64,000 nucleotides of DNA, taken from an uncultured Rhabdochlamydiaceae bacterium. Its GTDB lineage: Bacteria; Chlamydiota; Chlamydiia; Chlamydiales; Rhabdochlamydiaceae. Positions within the stretch are counted from its first letter, which is position 1; each line of letters opens with the position of its first letter. Under the pieces are notes generated by a model. It was not told where the DNA came from, searched no databases, and saw only the letters and a program-made list of their open reading frames with translations. Positions 49,545 to 58,870 of this stretch are shown here, one piece after another. The DNA is taken from NCBI GenBank assembly GCA_963712275.1, contig CAVQHD010000001.1, positions 1,312,001-1,376,000 of the forward strand, given 5' to 3'. The position numbers and the translations under genes were made by a program.

Positions 49545-51970
49545 TAATTAAACAGGGGTTTTTCTTTATAGGAAAAATGGCCGGCAATGATGAGGATTTG
49601 AATGAGAAAAGGCTTTTTGAGGTGTTTGCCATTGATTGTATCGGTAAGAAAATCTTCGGAATCGATATCTTTTGGAGCATGTCTTATGAGAAAATCTATG
49701 ATCGGATCCATACTTACACTGGCACTTTCATACCGAATTTTGTCGTTGAGATAATTCAAGATCTCTTCTAAAGAGTAGTTCCTATCAAAATCTTTGAGCA
49801 TCTGCTCTTGGTCTAAGGTAGGCGCGCATTTTTCATAAGGATCCAGGTAGTCGGCCATTTCAGCTCCTGGGATTCCACGGATTTTTCCAATCGCTTTCAA
49901 GACTTTATTCTTAAAGTGAGCAGGATCTCCGCCATATTGATTTGTGTAGTTTGAAACGAGGGTCTGGAAAATAGTACTTCGGAGTTGTTGCAGCTCTTTA
50001 TCTATAATTTCAGTCACTACACGATCCACATGGGCAAGATTGAGATGAGATTGGGCTGTATGGTGCGCTTGAAGTGGGCTAAATTGTTTGAGAGATTGAT
50101 AGACAGAAAGAATAGCTTGGACATGCCCTCCAGCGCAAGCAAGCCCACCAATTGCCATCTGCGCCAAAGAAAGGGCCTTGATATCTACTTTGTTTTCTTG
50201 ATCCTGAGCATGCGGCAGCAAATAGAAGATATGCTTAAGGACAAAGACCATTTTTTGGACAAATTTTTTCCCTTCTTCGCCTTTTGGAACGCCTGAATAG
50301 GGGTCGCCATTTAAAACCATAATGATTTGTCCGATACCTCGCTGTAAATCTTCTACCGATTTTCCGTCTGCATAAGGGGCAATGGAGCCTTTCACTTTAT
50401 TAAAAGTCTGGACAAGCTGCTCTTTGACGTCGAGATTTCTGACTTCATGGGGAAGATCGGGAATCGATTGGCAAGAGAGTTTGGACAAATTGATCGAGAT
50501 TTTTTCCAAAGGAATCCCTTGGTCGTTACACATGAGGATCTTAATCGTGTAATTGTCTTCTCCTGAGAGTTTCCTTTTACACGTTATTTCAAGATTTTTC
50601 CCAAATTGGGTCGTTTCCAACTTTTTGATCTTGATGAATTCCAAGATCTCTTCTCTTCTAAGCGAGCAAACTCTCATTAAATAGAGAGTGATGATTCCAG
50701 GATCTTTGCACTGGAGGGCTCCTCCATAAACTCCAAATTCATTTTTCAAAGGATTTTTGGACAAGTCGTGATGAGTAAAGAAGATGCCAATCTTTTGCAA
50801 CCCTTTGTGGGTCTCTTGAGCGTGCCAAGCCCCATTTTTAATCACTTTCCCAGACTCTGTTATTGTTGGGAAATAGAGGGAAAGGCCCCCTTGTTCATCG
50901 AGTTCAACATAGACAATCCCTTGGTGCAGAGAAGCTTCTCTCAGCGAAGTCCAACCCGGAATTAAAAGGGATGTTGCAGCGCCGATGATTCTTGAAATTC
51001 CTGGAGCATACATCCTAGGGGGCACAAATAGAGTTTGAGGGGGGACTAAAATAGATTTAGCCTTCTCTGTCCACTCAGCAATGTCGGAATTATCTATGGA
51101 ATAATTTAGATTAGCGTCTTTTATTTTCTTGATCAAAGAACACTCGGGTAAGTCCTGATGGCGAGCATCGCAATACTCATCTATATTTTTGTAAGTTTGA
51201 GAGCAGAGATGACGCGTGAAAAACAGGAAAGAGATTGGGTCATCAAAAACGATGGCTCCGCGATAGTAATCAAATCCGCTTTCTTCGGGCGGCATATCGA
51301 CTTCTTTCCATGTACATTTTAGTCCAATGGTTTGATGTAGAAGTGCGTGGGACCGAAAGGCATAAGTAGGATCGCTAAAATAGATTTCAATCCGTTCAGT
51401 AGGCTCTTGATAGATTCGAATTAACGGGCAGCCAGGTAGTGTTGACACCTCCCTATGGTAAAGAGCATTTCCTCCTGGTATCAGAAGAGAAGCGTGCATT
51501 CCAATAGAGACTGATACTCCGCCCTTGAGGGTTCCGATGAGGTTGTATCGAATAGCACTAGGTCTCTGCCAATCAAGGGCTTGAAGAAGAGGAATTTCGT
51601 CCGCTACGTCTGGGGTTAGAGGGACTACACCTTCTTTTAGGATAGGAGCTCCTCCCCTTTGCAATCGAGTTTCTGGATTGCTAGGCGAGGGTGGTGTCTG
51701 CTTCTGCGATGAAGCGGCAGTAGAGGGAGCAGAAGTTGAAGTGACTGGGGATAGAGAAGGCGTTGCTGCTGAGGAGGGAGGTTTTTTGAATAGGGTTTTT
51801 GCAAATCGATAAATCAAATACATCGTTCCCGAAAGAACCACGGTGCTAATGACTGTCCATTGCCAAGACATTGCGAATACGCGAGAGTAAGGCTGAGAAT
51901 GAGATGAAGGAGAATTCATCGCATGATCAGTGGAAAAAGCATGGGAAATGGCTCCAATGATTCTAAGCAT
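49520..51970 (-). CDS. hypothetical membrane-anchored protein with internal domain duplication
   Basis: N-terminal TM, Ser/Thr/Pro linker, two SLLIPG...Y.GA...DP...CS units. Confidence 0.75.
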   Translation of the reverse strand: MLRIIGAISHAFSTDHAMNSPSSHSQPYSRVFAMSWQWTVISTVVLSGTMYLIYRFAKTLFKKPPSSAATPSLSPVTSTSAPSTAASSQKQTPPSPSNPETRLQRGGAPILKEGVVPLTPDVADEIPLLQALDWQRPSAIRYNLIGTLKGGVSVSIGMHASLLIPGGNALYHREVSTLPGCPLIRIYQEPTERIEIYFSDPTYAFRSHALLHQTIGLKCTWKEVDMPPEESGFDYYRGAIVFDDPISFLFFTRHLCSQTYKNIDEYCDARHQDLPECSLIKKIKDANLNYSIDNSDIAEWTEKAKSILVPPQTLFVPPRMYAPGISRIIGAATSLLIPGWTSLREASLHQGIVYVELDEQGGLSLYFPTITESGKVIKNGAWHAQETHKGLQKIGIFFTHHDLSKNPLKNEFGVYGGALQCKDPGIITLYLMRVCSLRREEILEFIKIKKLETTQFGKNLEITCKRKLSGEDNYTIKILMCNDQGIPLEKISINLSKLSCQSIPDLPHEVRNLDVKEQLVQTFNKVKGSIAPYADGKSVEDLQRGIGQIIMVLNGDPYSGVPKGEEGKKFVQKMVFVLKHIFYLLPHAQDQENKVDIKALSLAQMAIGGLACAGGHVQAILSVYQSLKQFSPLQAHHTAQSHLNLAHVDRVVTEIIDKELQQLRSTIFQTLVSNYTNQYGGDPAHFKNKVLKAIGKIRGIPGAEMADYLDPYEKCAPTLDQEQMLKDFDRNYSLEEILNYLNDKIRYESASVSMDPIIDFLIRHAPKDIDSEDFLTDTINGKHLKKPFLIQILIIAGHFSYKEKPLFNYTAPTPKV

Positions 51971-51998
51971 GAATTTCTTTTTGTTATAATTTACTCAT

Positions 51999-53609
51999 TT
52001 AGGTGTTAGCCGTTAGTTCGCGTCCTCGAGCAATCCGCTGCCGTCTTACGGATGCATCTTGATCCGCGCAAACTCTTTCTTCGATCGCTTTCTTCAGGTC
52101 ACCAATAAGAGACTTTAGCTCTTCGTCGGGGTTAGAAAGAGCCTCTGCTTCGGTAAGAACAGGTCTAGACAGCGCGGTTCTCTGATCTTTGTCATTGATA
52201 GAGTCTAACTTTCTAAGCATCTCTACAATGCGCTGTTTGATTCCTGTTCGATGAATATCAGCAGAATATGTGCCTTTTAATTCGTCACTAATTTGAACTG
52301 TATGATTGCCCTGTTGAGTTTGGACTGAAAACTCTAGAGAGATGGTTGTAGATGCAGGGGAATTGCAATAAAAGAACCTTTGGATGCTTTGCCCCTCCGA
52401 AAGCGCTCCTAGTATGAACGAGCCATCTTTTTCTTGCTTGGTGTTCAACATCTGTAGAGCTGGACTAGAAGTTGGGCGAACTGAAATCGATTGAATGTTT
52501 TGGTTGAGCGTTTGGGAGAAGATTGCGCTCGTAGCATCTTCTAGCGAGGTTCCTTCTGTGCTAGGTTCATTGGCCTCTGGAACCCATTGATACGATGCGT
52601 TAGTCAATGGCCGTTTTGTCTGATCACAGACGATCATTTGCATGATATCTGCTCGATGGCCTTTAGAAATGCCGACCGCGAATAAATTCACAGATTTTTC
52701 TTTCCATATTTCCTGCAGCTCCCTGACACGGGGTTCTTTCATCGCAGAGTCTCCATCTGTTAAAAAAATTAAACTTTTTACGCATGTATTAACTCTTTGG
52801 GTAAGAGGTGACACAAAAAAGGCTGCTATCTTATTGGGTCGGTCTGAATCTCCAAGGATACGAGTCGCTTCTTCAAGAGCAGCCATGATCGATGTGTCTC
52901 CAGCTGCTTTGATCGCATTAACTACAGATTGAAGCTGAAGCAAATTGGTTTTAGTTATTTGGACTTTGTTTTGAATAGTCTCTGCTTTGTGATTAAAAGT
53001 AATTAAAGAAATGTAAAGTAGACGTTCTTTATTCATTTCTAATTCTTTTCCAATTTTAGAAAGAAAAGAACCTAAAACCTCTTTGACTTTTTCGATACGA
53101 GGGCCATTCATACTATCGCTGACATCAATACAGAAGATAAATTCAACGGGAGATAAGACGTTTTTGCTTTGCTCGGAATTGGCTGTAATATCGAGCTGAA
53201 TGTACTGGTGTGTGGGGCGGATTGCATGATCTGTTGAACTTGTCAGGCGGGAAGTGATCGGCTCAGTTGTAGGTTTTGCTGAGCTTAAAGCATTTTTTGG
53301 GAAGTGGCTAAAGATAAATTGAAAGGCTGTGAAGAGTGTGGACATCAAAAGGTTTGCTTTCCAAGATGTTTTTAACAAAGCTCCAACGCTTGCCATCCCG
53401 GCAAATGAAGCAAGATAATACCCCTTCTCTAAGCGATAATTTTTTTGGAGTGCGGCTTGAGCAATGGAAAACAAAACTGGCACGACTGCACAGGCAGGAG
53501 CTGTAGAACGGTTAATGAGAGAAAATCTCAACGCTGCAAAAGTGGTAGCAAGGTTTAAAACTGTTTGCATGCTAAAGCTTAAAGCTCTATCAAATTTTAA
53601 TTGACTCAT
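51999..53609 (-). CDS. membrane-anchored von Willebrand factor A domain protein
   Basis: MIDAS DVSDS, GDTSI, FLTDG; N-terminal hydrophobic segments. Confidence 0.85.
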   Translation of the reverse strand: MSQLKFDRALSFSMQTVLNLATTFAALRFSLINRSTAPACAVVPVLFSIAQAALQKNYRLEKGYYLASFAGMASVGALLKTSWKANLLMSTLFTAFQFIFSHFPKNALSSAKPTTEPITSRLTSSTDHAIRPTHQYIQLDITANSEQSKNVLSPVEFIFCIDVSDSMNGPRIEKVKEVLGSFLSKIGKELEMNKERLLYISLITFNHKAETIQNKVQITKTNLLQLQSVVNAIKAAGDTSIMAALEEATRILGDSDRPNKIAAFFVSPLTQRVNTCVKSLIFLTDGDSAMKEPRVRELQEIWKEKSVNLFAVGISKGHRADIMQMIVCDQTKRPLTNASYQWVPEANEPSTEGTSLEDATSAIFSQTLNQNIQSISVRPTSSPALQMLNTKQEKDGSFILGALSEGQSIQRFFYCNSPASTTISLEFSVQTQQGNHTVQISDELKGTYSADIHRTGIKQRIVEMLRKLDSINDKDQRTALSRPVLTEAEALSNPDEELKSLIGDLKKAIEERVCADQDASVRRQRIARGRELTANT

Positions 53610-53694
53610 CTGGTAACACCTTTGTTAAAGAAGGAATGATTGTAGCAGGACAAAGGAAAAAAGTCATCAATTATATTCTTTTCTTATTTTTCTC

Positions 53695-54816
53695 TTAAAT
53701 CCAGTCGGAGGCAATCGCCTCTCGATAGCGGCCCATGAGTTCAACCATAAAATAAAGATTATGAATTGTTGTGAGGGTAAGCGCTGTCACTTCTCGTGCC
53801 TTAAAGAGGTGGTTGAGATAAGCCACGGTAAAATGGAGGCAGGTTGAGCACGAGCAGCTTGGGTCAATGGGCTGGAATCGGGACATTTGCTCTCCTTTCG
53901 TTAGGTTAAGGGGGCCTTGGAATGTGAGCGCCATCCCATGACGCGCAGCTCTTGTTGGATACGAGCTGTCAAAAGTATCGATTCCAAGGGGAATGCAGGC
54001 TGCAATCGAGGGTAAATCTCCGATTCCCAGTAAATGGTTCGGGCGGTCTTCAGGAAGCTGAGGGAGCAGTGAGGTGAGCATTCCGATCATCTCTTCTTTG
54101 GTTTTCCCCACGCTTCCTCCAATGGCAAAGCCATCAAAAGGAAGTTGCTTTAAAAAATCGCAGCTTTTTTGCCTGAGCTCAAGGTTTATCCCTCCATGGA
54201 TCACTCCATAGATGGCTTGCCCTTGAGGATGCTTAAGATGAGCATTTAGAGATCTCTCTTCCCATCGATGCGTTCGGTCTAGAGATGCAATAAGCGCCTC
54301 CTTTTCGATATGGTAGGGAGGAAGCTCATCAAAGGGGATGATGATATCTGCACCTAAGTCTTTCTGCGCTTCAATGGAGCTCTCAGGTGTCAGCAGGATT
54401 TTTTTTCCATCTCGATAAGACCGGAAAAGAACCCCGTCTTCACTGACTTTTAGAACAGTTCCATCCGTTTTTTTTATGCCGCGGCTCTTCAGCTCGCTTG
54501 CGACAGAGCCGTACGCTAAGCTAAACACCTGAAACCCTCCGGAATCGGTGATAATCGGCAGCCTCCGGTTAATAAACGTATGAATGCCTCCCGCCTCCCG
54601 AATGATTTGAGTCCCTGGCTGTAGTAAGAGATGGTAGGTATTGCAAAACATCAGCTGAAGCCCAATCTCTTGGACGGTTTTGTTGTCCAAGGCTTTCAAA
54701 GTTCCATTGGTTCCTACGGCCACAAAATTCGGGGTGTCGATCACTCCATGAGGAGTATGGATCCGCCCAACGCGCGCTCGAGATTTTGATGAGGTGTGCA
54801 GGACTTCAAACTTCAT
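53695..54816 (-). CDS. tgt: tRNA-guanine transglycosylase
   Basis: NTYHL, TDSGGFQVFSL, HLLGIG, DTFDS, CxCxxC, HNL. Confidence 0.96.
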   Translation of the reverse strand: MKFEVLHTSSKSRARVGRIHTPHGVIDTPNFVAVGTNGTLKALDNKTVQEIGLQLMFCNTYHLLLQPGTQIIREAGGIHTFINRRLPIITDSGGFQVFSLAYGSVASELKSRGIKKTDGTVLKVSEDGVLFRSYRDGKKILLTPESSIEAQKDLGADIIIPFDELPPYHIEKEALIASLDRTHRWEERSLNAHLKHPQGQAIYGVIHGGINLELRQKSCDFLKQLPFDGFAIGGSVGKTKEEMIGMLTSLLPQLPEDRPNHLLGIGDLPSIAACIPLGIDTFDSSYPTRAARHGMALTFQGPLNLTKGEQMSRFQPIDPSCSCSTCLHFTVAYLNHLFKAREVTALTLTTIHNLYFMVELMGRYREAIASDWI

Positions 54817-55459
54817 AATTTAAGCGACGGTTTAATAGCAGGGACATCGCACCAATAGCGCTACATTTGATCCCGTAACTCATCCAAAAGATCGAAGTCC
54901 ACTCCTCGACTACGCCGTAAAGCCCCAAGAGTGTGAAGAGTAGGGTATCGACTCCTTGAGTGATGACCATTGACACCGAAGAGCGGAGCTGCCAGCTAGA
55001 GATCTGTTTTGCAAGCTGCCCAAATAGAAAGAGGTCGAGCTGCTGAACGCAGTAAAACGTGAGGAGAGAGGCGGCAAGAAGGCGCGGCGCAATGCCCAAA
55101 AGAGCAGCATAGTGAGGGTGGCTCTGATCAAAGAGGCTCGGATGATAGAGAAGGTGAATTTCAGCAAGAACGGTGAAAAGTAGAAGAGTGGCAAAGGAGA
55201 TCACCACCGTTTGTTTTGCCGCCTCTTTCCCAAAAGTTTGTTGAAGAAGGTTTAAGCACAGCAGATGCCCAATGGCATAGGCATCGCTGCAGGTGACACT
55301 CCATCCAAAAAGAGAGATTTGCTTCAGGACAAAGAAATTGGCGAGGAGTGCCAAAAGAACAGCAAGAACCATGACTGCCTCTTTGCCAAGCCTGCGGGCG
55401 CCTAGCACAGAACTTGCCACAACGGCTACCTGGAGAAAAAAAAAGGCTTCATTGATCAT
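54806..55459 (-). CDS. yhhQ: queuosine precursor transporter (YhhQ/QPTR)
   Basis: Multi-TM; ANFFVLKQI, PRLLAAS, QQLD, QGVDTLLF; coupled to tgt. Confidence 0.85.
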   Translation of the reverse strand: MINEAFFFLQVAVVASSVLGARRLGKEAVMVLAVLLALLANFFVLKQISLFGWSVTCSDAYAIGHLLCLNLLQQTFGKEAAKQTVVISFATLLLFTVLAEIHLLYHPSLFDQSHPHYAALLGIAPRLLAASLLTFYCVQQLDLFLFGQLAKQISSWQLRSSVSMVITQGVDTLLFTLLGLYGVVEEWTSIFWMSYGIKCSAIGAMSLLLNRRLNYEV

Positions 55460-55516
55460 GTTAAAATAAATTTTGCAAAAAATGGGTTTTTGATATGAAA
55501 CAATTATAGGTCTACA

Positions 55517-56149
55517 GTGGAATTTTCAGATATCGTCAATTATTTTGTTTCACTTCTTTCCGTTTGCAGTCCCATTTCAGCGCTTCCTGCTTTGTTGAAT
55601 CTATCGTATGGGAGGTCGGTTGAAGAAAAGAAAAAAATTGCTATCAAAGCCAGCTTTGCTGTTGCGATCATCCTTATTGTAGCGACGTGGATTGGGGTTC
55701 CCTTTCTCGATACGCTTGGGATACGGATCCCCGCCTTTCAAATGGCAGGGGGATTTGTGCTGATTTTAATCGCGCTCTCGATGTTAAATGCTCAGCCTAG
55801 CCGTATTCAGCAAACTTCAGAAGATCAAACCGAAGCGGTGCGTAAAGCTTCTATCGCCGTTGTCCCCCTTGCGATGCCGATCATGGCGGGCCCTGGCGCT
55901 ATCACCACGGTGCTTGTCGGTGCCTCTATTTGGTCTGGCCCTGTCAACCACCTTTTTCTCTCATTTTGCGCTATCTTTGTGGCTTTGACAACAGGCACTG
56001 TACTCTACTTTGCAAGCCACATTGAGAAGGTCTTAAAGCACACCGGCATTAATATCGTCACCCGTATTGGGGGGCTGATTCTGGCTTCGATGGCCGTCCA
56101 ATCCATGGCCAATGGTCTCCATGGCCTTTGGCTCATCTACAGAGTGTAA
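55517..56149 (+). CDS. marC: MarC-family membrane protein
   Basis: AFQMAGG, AVVPLAMPIMAGPGAI, TRIGGLIL. Confidence 0.9.
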   Translation: MEFSDIVNYFVSLLSVCSPISALPALLNLSYGRSVEEKKKIAIKASFAVAIILIVATWIGVPFLDTLGIRIPAFQMAGGFVLILIALSMLNAQPSRIQQTSEDQTEAVRKASIAVVPLAMPIMAGPGAITTVLVGASIWSGPVNHLFLSFCAIFVALTTGTVLYFASHIEKVLKHTGINIVTRIGGLILASMAVQSMANGLHGLWLIYRV

Positions 56150-56150
56150 A

Positions 56151-56230
56151 GACCTTCTCCTGACTCTCTCGGCGCTCGGTGGTAAACCATTTTTTTAACC
56201 ACCAAGAGCATCGAGAGAGTTAGGAAAGTC
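56151..56230. terminator. long imperfect hairpin between convergent genes
   Basis: cctgactctctcg..gctc.gtggt pairs with accacc..gagc.tcgagagagttagg. Confidence 0.55.
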
Positions 56231-56232
56231 AT

Positions 56233-56835
56233 TTAGAATCCACTTCCCAGATTACTAGCAATGGGTGACGAAAATGGTGCAGAAGGGAATGATGTCGGGA
56301 TACGTTGCCGAGAATCCTCAAGAGCATCTACTCGTTGTTTCAACTCCTGAATTTCTGTAGTCAGACTAGTAAGAGTCATTTCTTCAGGGGCTTGGTCCTG
56401 CTCTGGCACATCTGAGACGCTTCCTTCAAGGAGAAGGGATGAGTAGGCTTTTCTTGGAAGGAAGACACCTATGATCGCTATGGAAGGAATCCAGACGACT
56501 TGGAACATGGAACGGGCTGTTTTAGCCGCTCCTAAGGCAAATTTAGGATAGATTTTAGAAAATTCGAGGTGAAGAATACTTCGGATGGGTTTATCAAGGG
56601 TTCCAAATCCGTGTGTTAAAGTCTTAGCAGTGGAGACATACATAGGTGCTACGCTGGCAATTAGCGCGCCAACACGAGCGACCAAAAAGTTGTTGGAAAG
56701 GCCGATCTTTTGCCACTTGGCAACACTTTTATTTTCCGCCTTAGAAGGAGGTGTTATCGCAGTTGCTATTAGGGTTTCCCCCCATTTTGCTTGAGTTGCC
56801 AGCCACTGGCGGCATTGCTGCAGGCGTGTTGTCAT
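56233..56835 (-). CDS. hypothetical membrane protein with C-terminal coiled coil
   Basis: 200-aa ORF translationally coupled to Hsp20. Confidence 0.65.
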   Translation of the reverse strand: MTTRLQQCRQWLATQAKWGETLIATAITPPSKAENKSVAKWQKIGLSNNFLVARVGALIASVAPMYVSTAKTLTHGFGTLDKPIRSILHLEFSKIYPKFALGAAKTARSMFQVVWIPSIAIIGVFLPRKAYSSLLLEGSVSDVPEQDQAPEEMTLTSLTTEIQELKQRVDALEDSRQRIPTSFPSAPFSSPIASNLGSGF

Positions 56836-57260
56836 AATTTACCAGCTTTGATCGGAATTTTTTTGGGTTCTGATTTAGAGATTTTTGTAAAGACAATACG
56901 CAAAATGCCCTGATGGCATGTCGCTTCAGGTTGTGCATCTTCGTCGATGTTGCCAGGAACGGCAATGTGGTATGAAAAAGAGCTTAAGGCTTTGCGGTAG
57001 TATTTCTTATTTTTTTCGTCCTCTTTTTTTTCTCCTTTGATCCAGAGAATACCTTTCTCAAAGGTCATTTCAATCTCTTCAGGTTTTAGCCCAGGAACAG
57101 CAGCTTCGATGGTAACGTTTTTATCGTCTTCAAAGACAGAAAGACCTGATGGCTCGCTAAAGTACTCAGGCCATCCTTCTTCCTTGTTTTCTTCAAGGAA
57201 AGAGGGGAACCGAAAAATAGGAAACGACCAAAAAGATTTTAGAAAAGCTTTACGAGACAT
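56832..57260 (-). CDS. Hsp20/alpha-crystallin small heat-shock protein
   Basis: EAAVPGLKPEEIE, LWIKGEK, ATCHQGILRI, C-terminal IPI motif. Confidence 0.92.
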   Translation of the reverse strand: MSRKAFLKSFWSFPIFRFPSFLEENKEEGWPEYFSEPSGLSVFEDDKNVTIEAAVPGLKPEEIEMTFEKGILWIKGEKKEDEKNKKYYRKALSSFSYHIAVPGNIDEDAQPEATCHQGILRIVFTKISKSEPKKIPIKAGKL

Positions 57261-57275
57261 TTTTCACCTCCGTTT

Positions 57276-58163
57276 TCAGAAAAGCATACCATTTTCTAAA
57301 AATGATGTCACAAAAAAATTCAGAGGTAAGGCTCCTAGAAGAGCATCAAAGGTGGGAAGGTGCTGGGGGTGGTGCGATTGAAGCCAAGCGCGAAGGGGAA
57401 GAAGCTCAAGGATGATTTCTTGATGGACAGCGGCAGAGTGGTGCAATTTGGGTGAGGCGAGAAACGAGCCAATATCGAGGAGGATAACCTGAGGTGTCTC
57501 TGATACGACGACGCCGTAGTTGCGATCGATGACGGGATCGAGGTTGCAAATGCCTTGCTGGCACTGCGCGGCAACGGTATGGATAAAGGAGCGAAGAAGG
57601 GGTGTAGCCTCTGAGGGGTGCGTTTGGAAATAATGGGTGAATGAGAGGGCTTTTCTTTGAACATAAAAATGGGTGAATCGGCTGTCAACGGTGTGGGAAA
57701 TCCCGAGCTTATCAATGAGAGTCCAGGTGGGTACGGGAGCTGGAATGGCAAGCTTGGTCTCTTGAGAAAGGTGGTCTAAAGCGAGCCTGCTGCTCTTTTG
57801 AAGGAAGGCGCTTCGATGGGCGCGGGCGGCAAGATATTGTGCTACCCATGTGTGAAAGGGGAGATGCTCAAGCCAGGGAAGGGGTCTTCGTCGGCTCCAC
57901 TTCATGAATTTGACAACATAGTTTCCATCGGCGGTTTCAAATGCATAAAATTGCTTTCCAGCTCCCAGGAAACGGAGAGGCTGTTTAAGCTCAATGGAAG
58001 AAGTTGTCGAAGTGGGGGAAGGAGGAGATCCTACGTAGACCATTTTTGCAAGAGAGAAACTGCCTGTTTGTACATGGCAAAATCTCTCGATCAGAATAAA
58101 AAGAGCGCAACCTATTAAGAATTTGGTCCAAGCTCGTTTTGGGAAGCCAATTCGATGTTTCAC
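57276..58163 (-). CDS. N-anchored kinase-like family protein 5
   Basis: LGAGKQ, VVKF, LIDKLG, NLDP..RNYG, LDIGSF. Confidence 0.7.
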   Translation of the reverse strand: MKHRIGFPKRAWTKFLIGCALFILIERFCHVQTGSFSLAKMVYVGSPPSPTSTTSSIELKQPLRFLGAGKQFYAFETADGNYVVKFMKWSRRRPLPWLEHLPFHTWVAQYLAARAHRSAFLQKSSRLALDHLSQETKLAIPAPVPTWTLIDKLGISHTVDSRFTHFYVQRKALSFTHYFQTHPSEATPLLRSFIHTVAAQCQQGICNLDPVIDRNYGVVVSETPQVILLDIGSFLASPKLHHSAAVHQEIILELLPLRAWLQSHHPQHLPTFDALLGALPLNFFVTSFLENGMLF

Positions 58164-58870
58164 TGGAGGAGTTCTTCGATTTTAGCAGGGGGAAGGGGCT
58201 GAGGATCATTGCACTGAACGATCCGGCCGGGATCGATGAGGATGAGGCGTCCCTCCGACATGCCGAGGTTGAGATGAAGCCTAGGATCATGGTCTTGAAG
58301 GTGGGCCTGATTTAAGGTATTGACGAGGTGGTTGACGTCACCGAGAAGTTGTTTTTTTTCATTCAAAGTTGTTGGCCGCTTTAAGGGTTGCGCTTTTTTC
58401 TGGAGAACAAATAGGTATGATTTTAAGTCGATGGGGTGGGATATCCCAAGGCGATCAATGAGGGTAGCTGGCAAAGAAGATGAAGAGATCTGCGGGTGGA
58501 AGAAGACAATTCCAGAGAGGTAGCGGCATCTTTCATAGATGAGTGCATATCCAGAAAGAGTTCGGGTCAGTTTTTTGTTTTTTTTGGCTTGGTAAGAAGG
58601 CCATTGAAGCCAGGGCCTTGGCTGATCCTTAAAAAATTTTAGGACATGGGTTTCATCCTCTGAGATAAAGACATACGATTGCCCTCCTTCGGCAAACAGG
58701 GTCCATGTTTGGTTAAGGAGAGGGGCTGGAAACTCTCCATGGGAGGCGAAAGAGGAAGGTGCCGCAAGCTGGTGACGTGCGAGAGAGAATCCCCACGAGA
58801 AGGAATCAGAGGCGATTCCAACAAAGAGAAAAGCTGCTAGAGAAATTAATCTAATAAGCCAGGGTTTCAT
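58160..58870 (-). CDS. N-anchored kinase-like family protein 4
   Basis: EGGQ, VLKFFK, DHDP..LNLG, IDPGR; start may be 58909. Confidence 0.7.
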   Translation of the reverse strand: MKPWLIRLISLAAFLFVGIASDSFSWGFSLARHQLAAPSSFASHGEFPAPLLNQTWTLFAEGGQSYVFISEDETHVLKFFKDQPRPWLQWPSYQAKKNKKLTRTLSGYALIYERCRYLSGIVFFHPQISSSSLPATLIDRLGISHPIDLKSYLFVLQKKAQPLKRPTTLNEKKQLLGDVNHLVNTLNQAHLQDHDPRLHLNLGMSEGRLILIDPGRIVQCNDPQPLPPAKIEELLQ

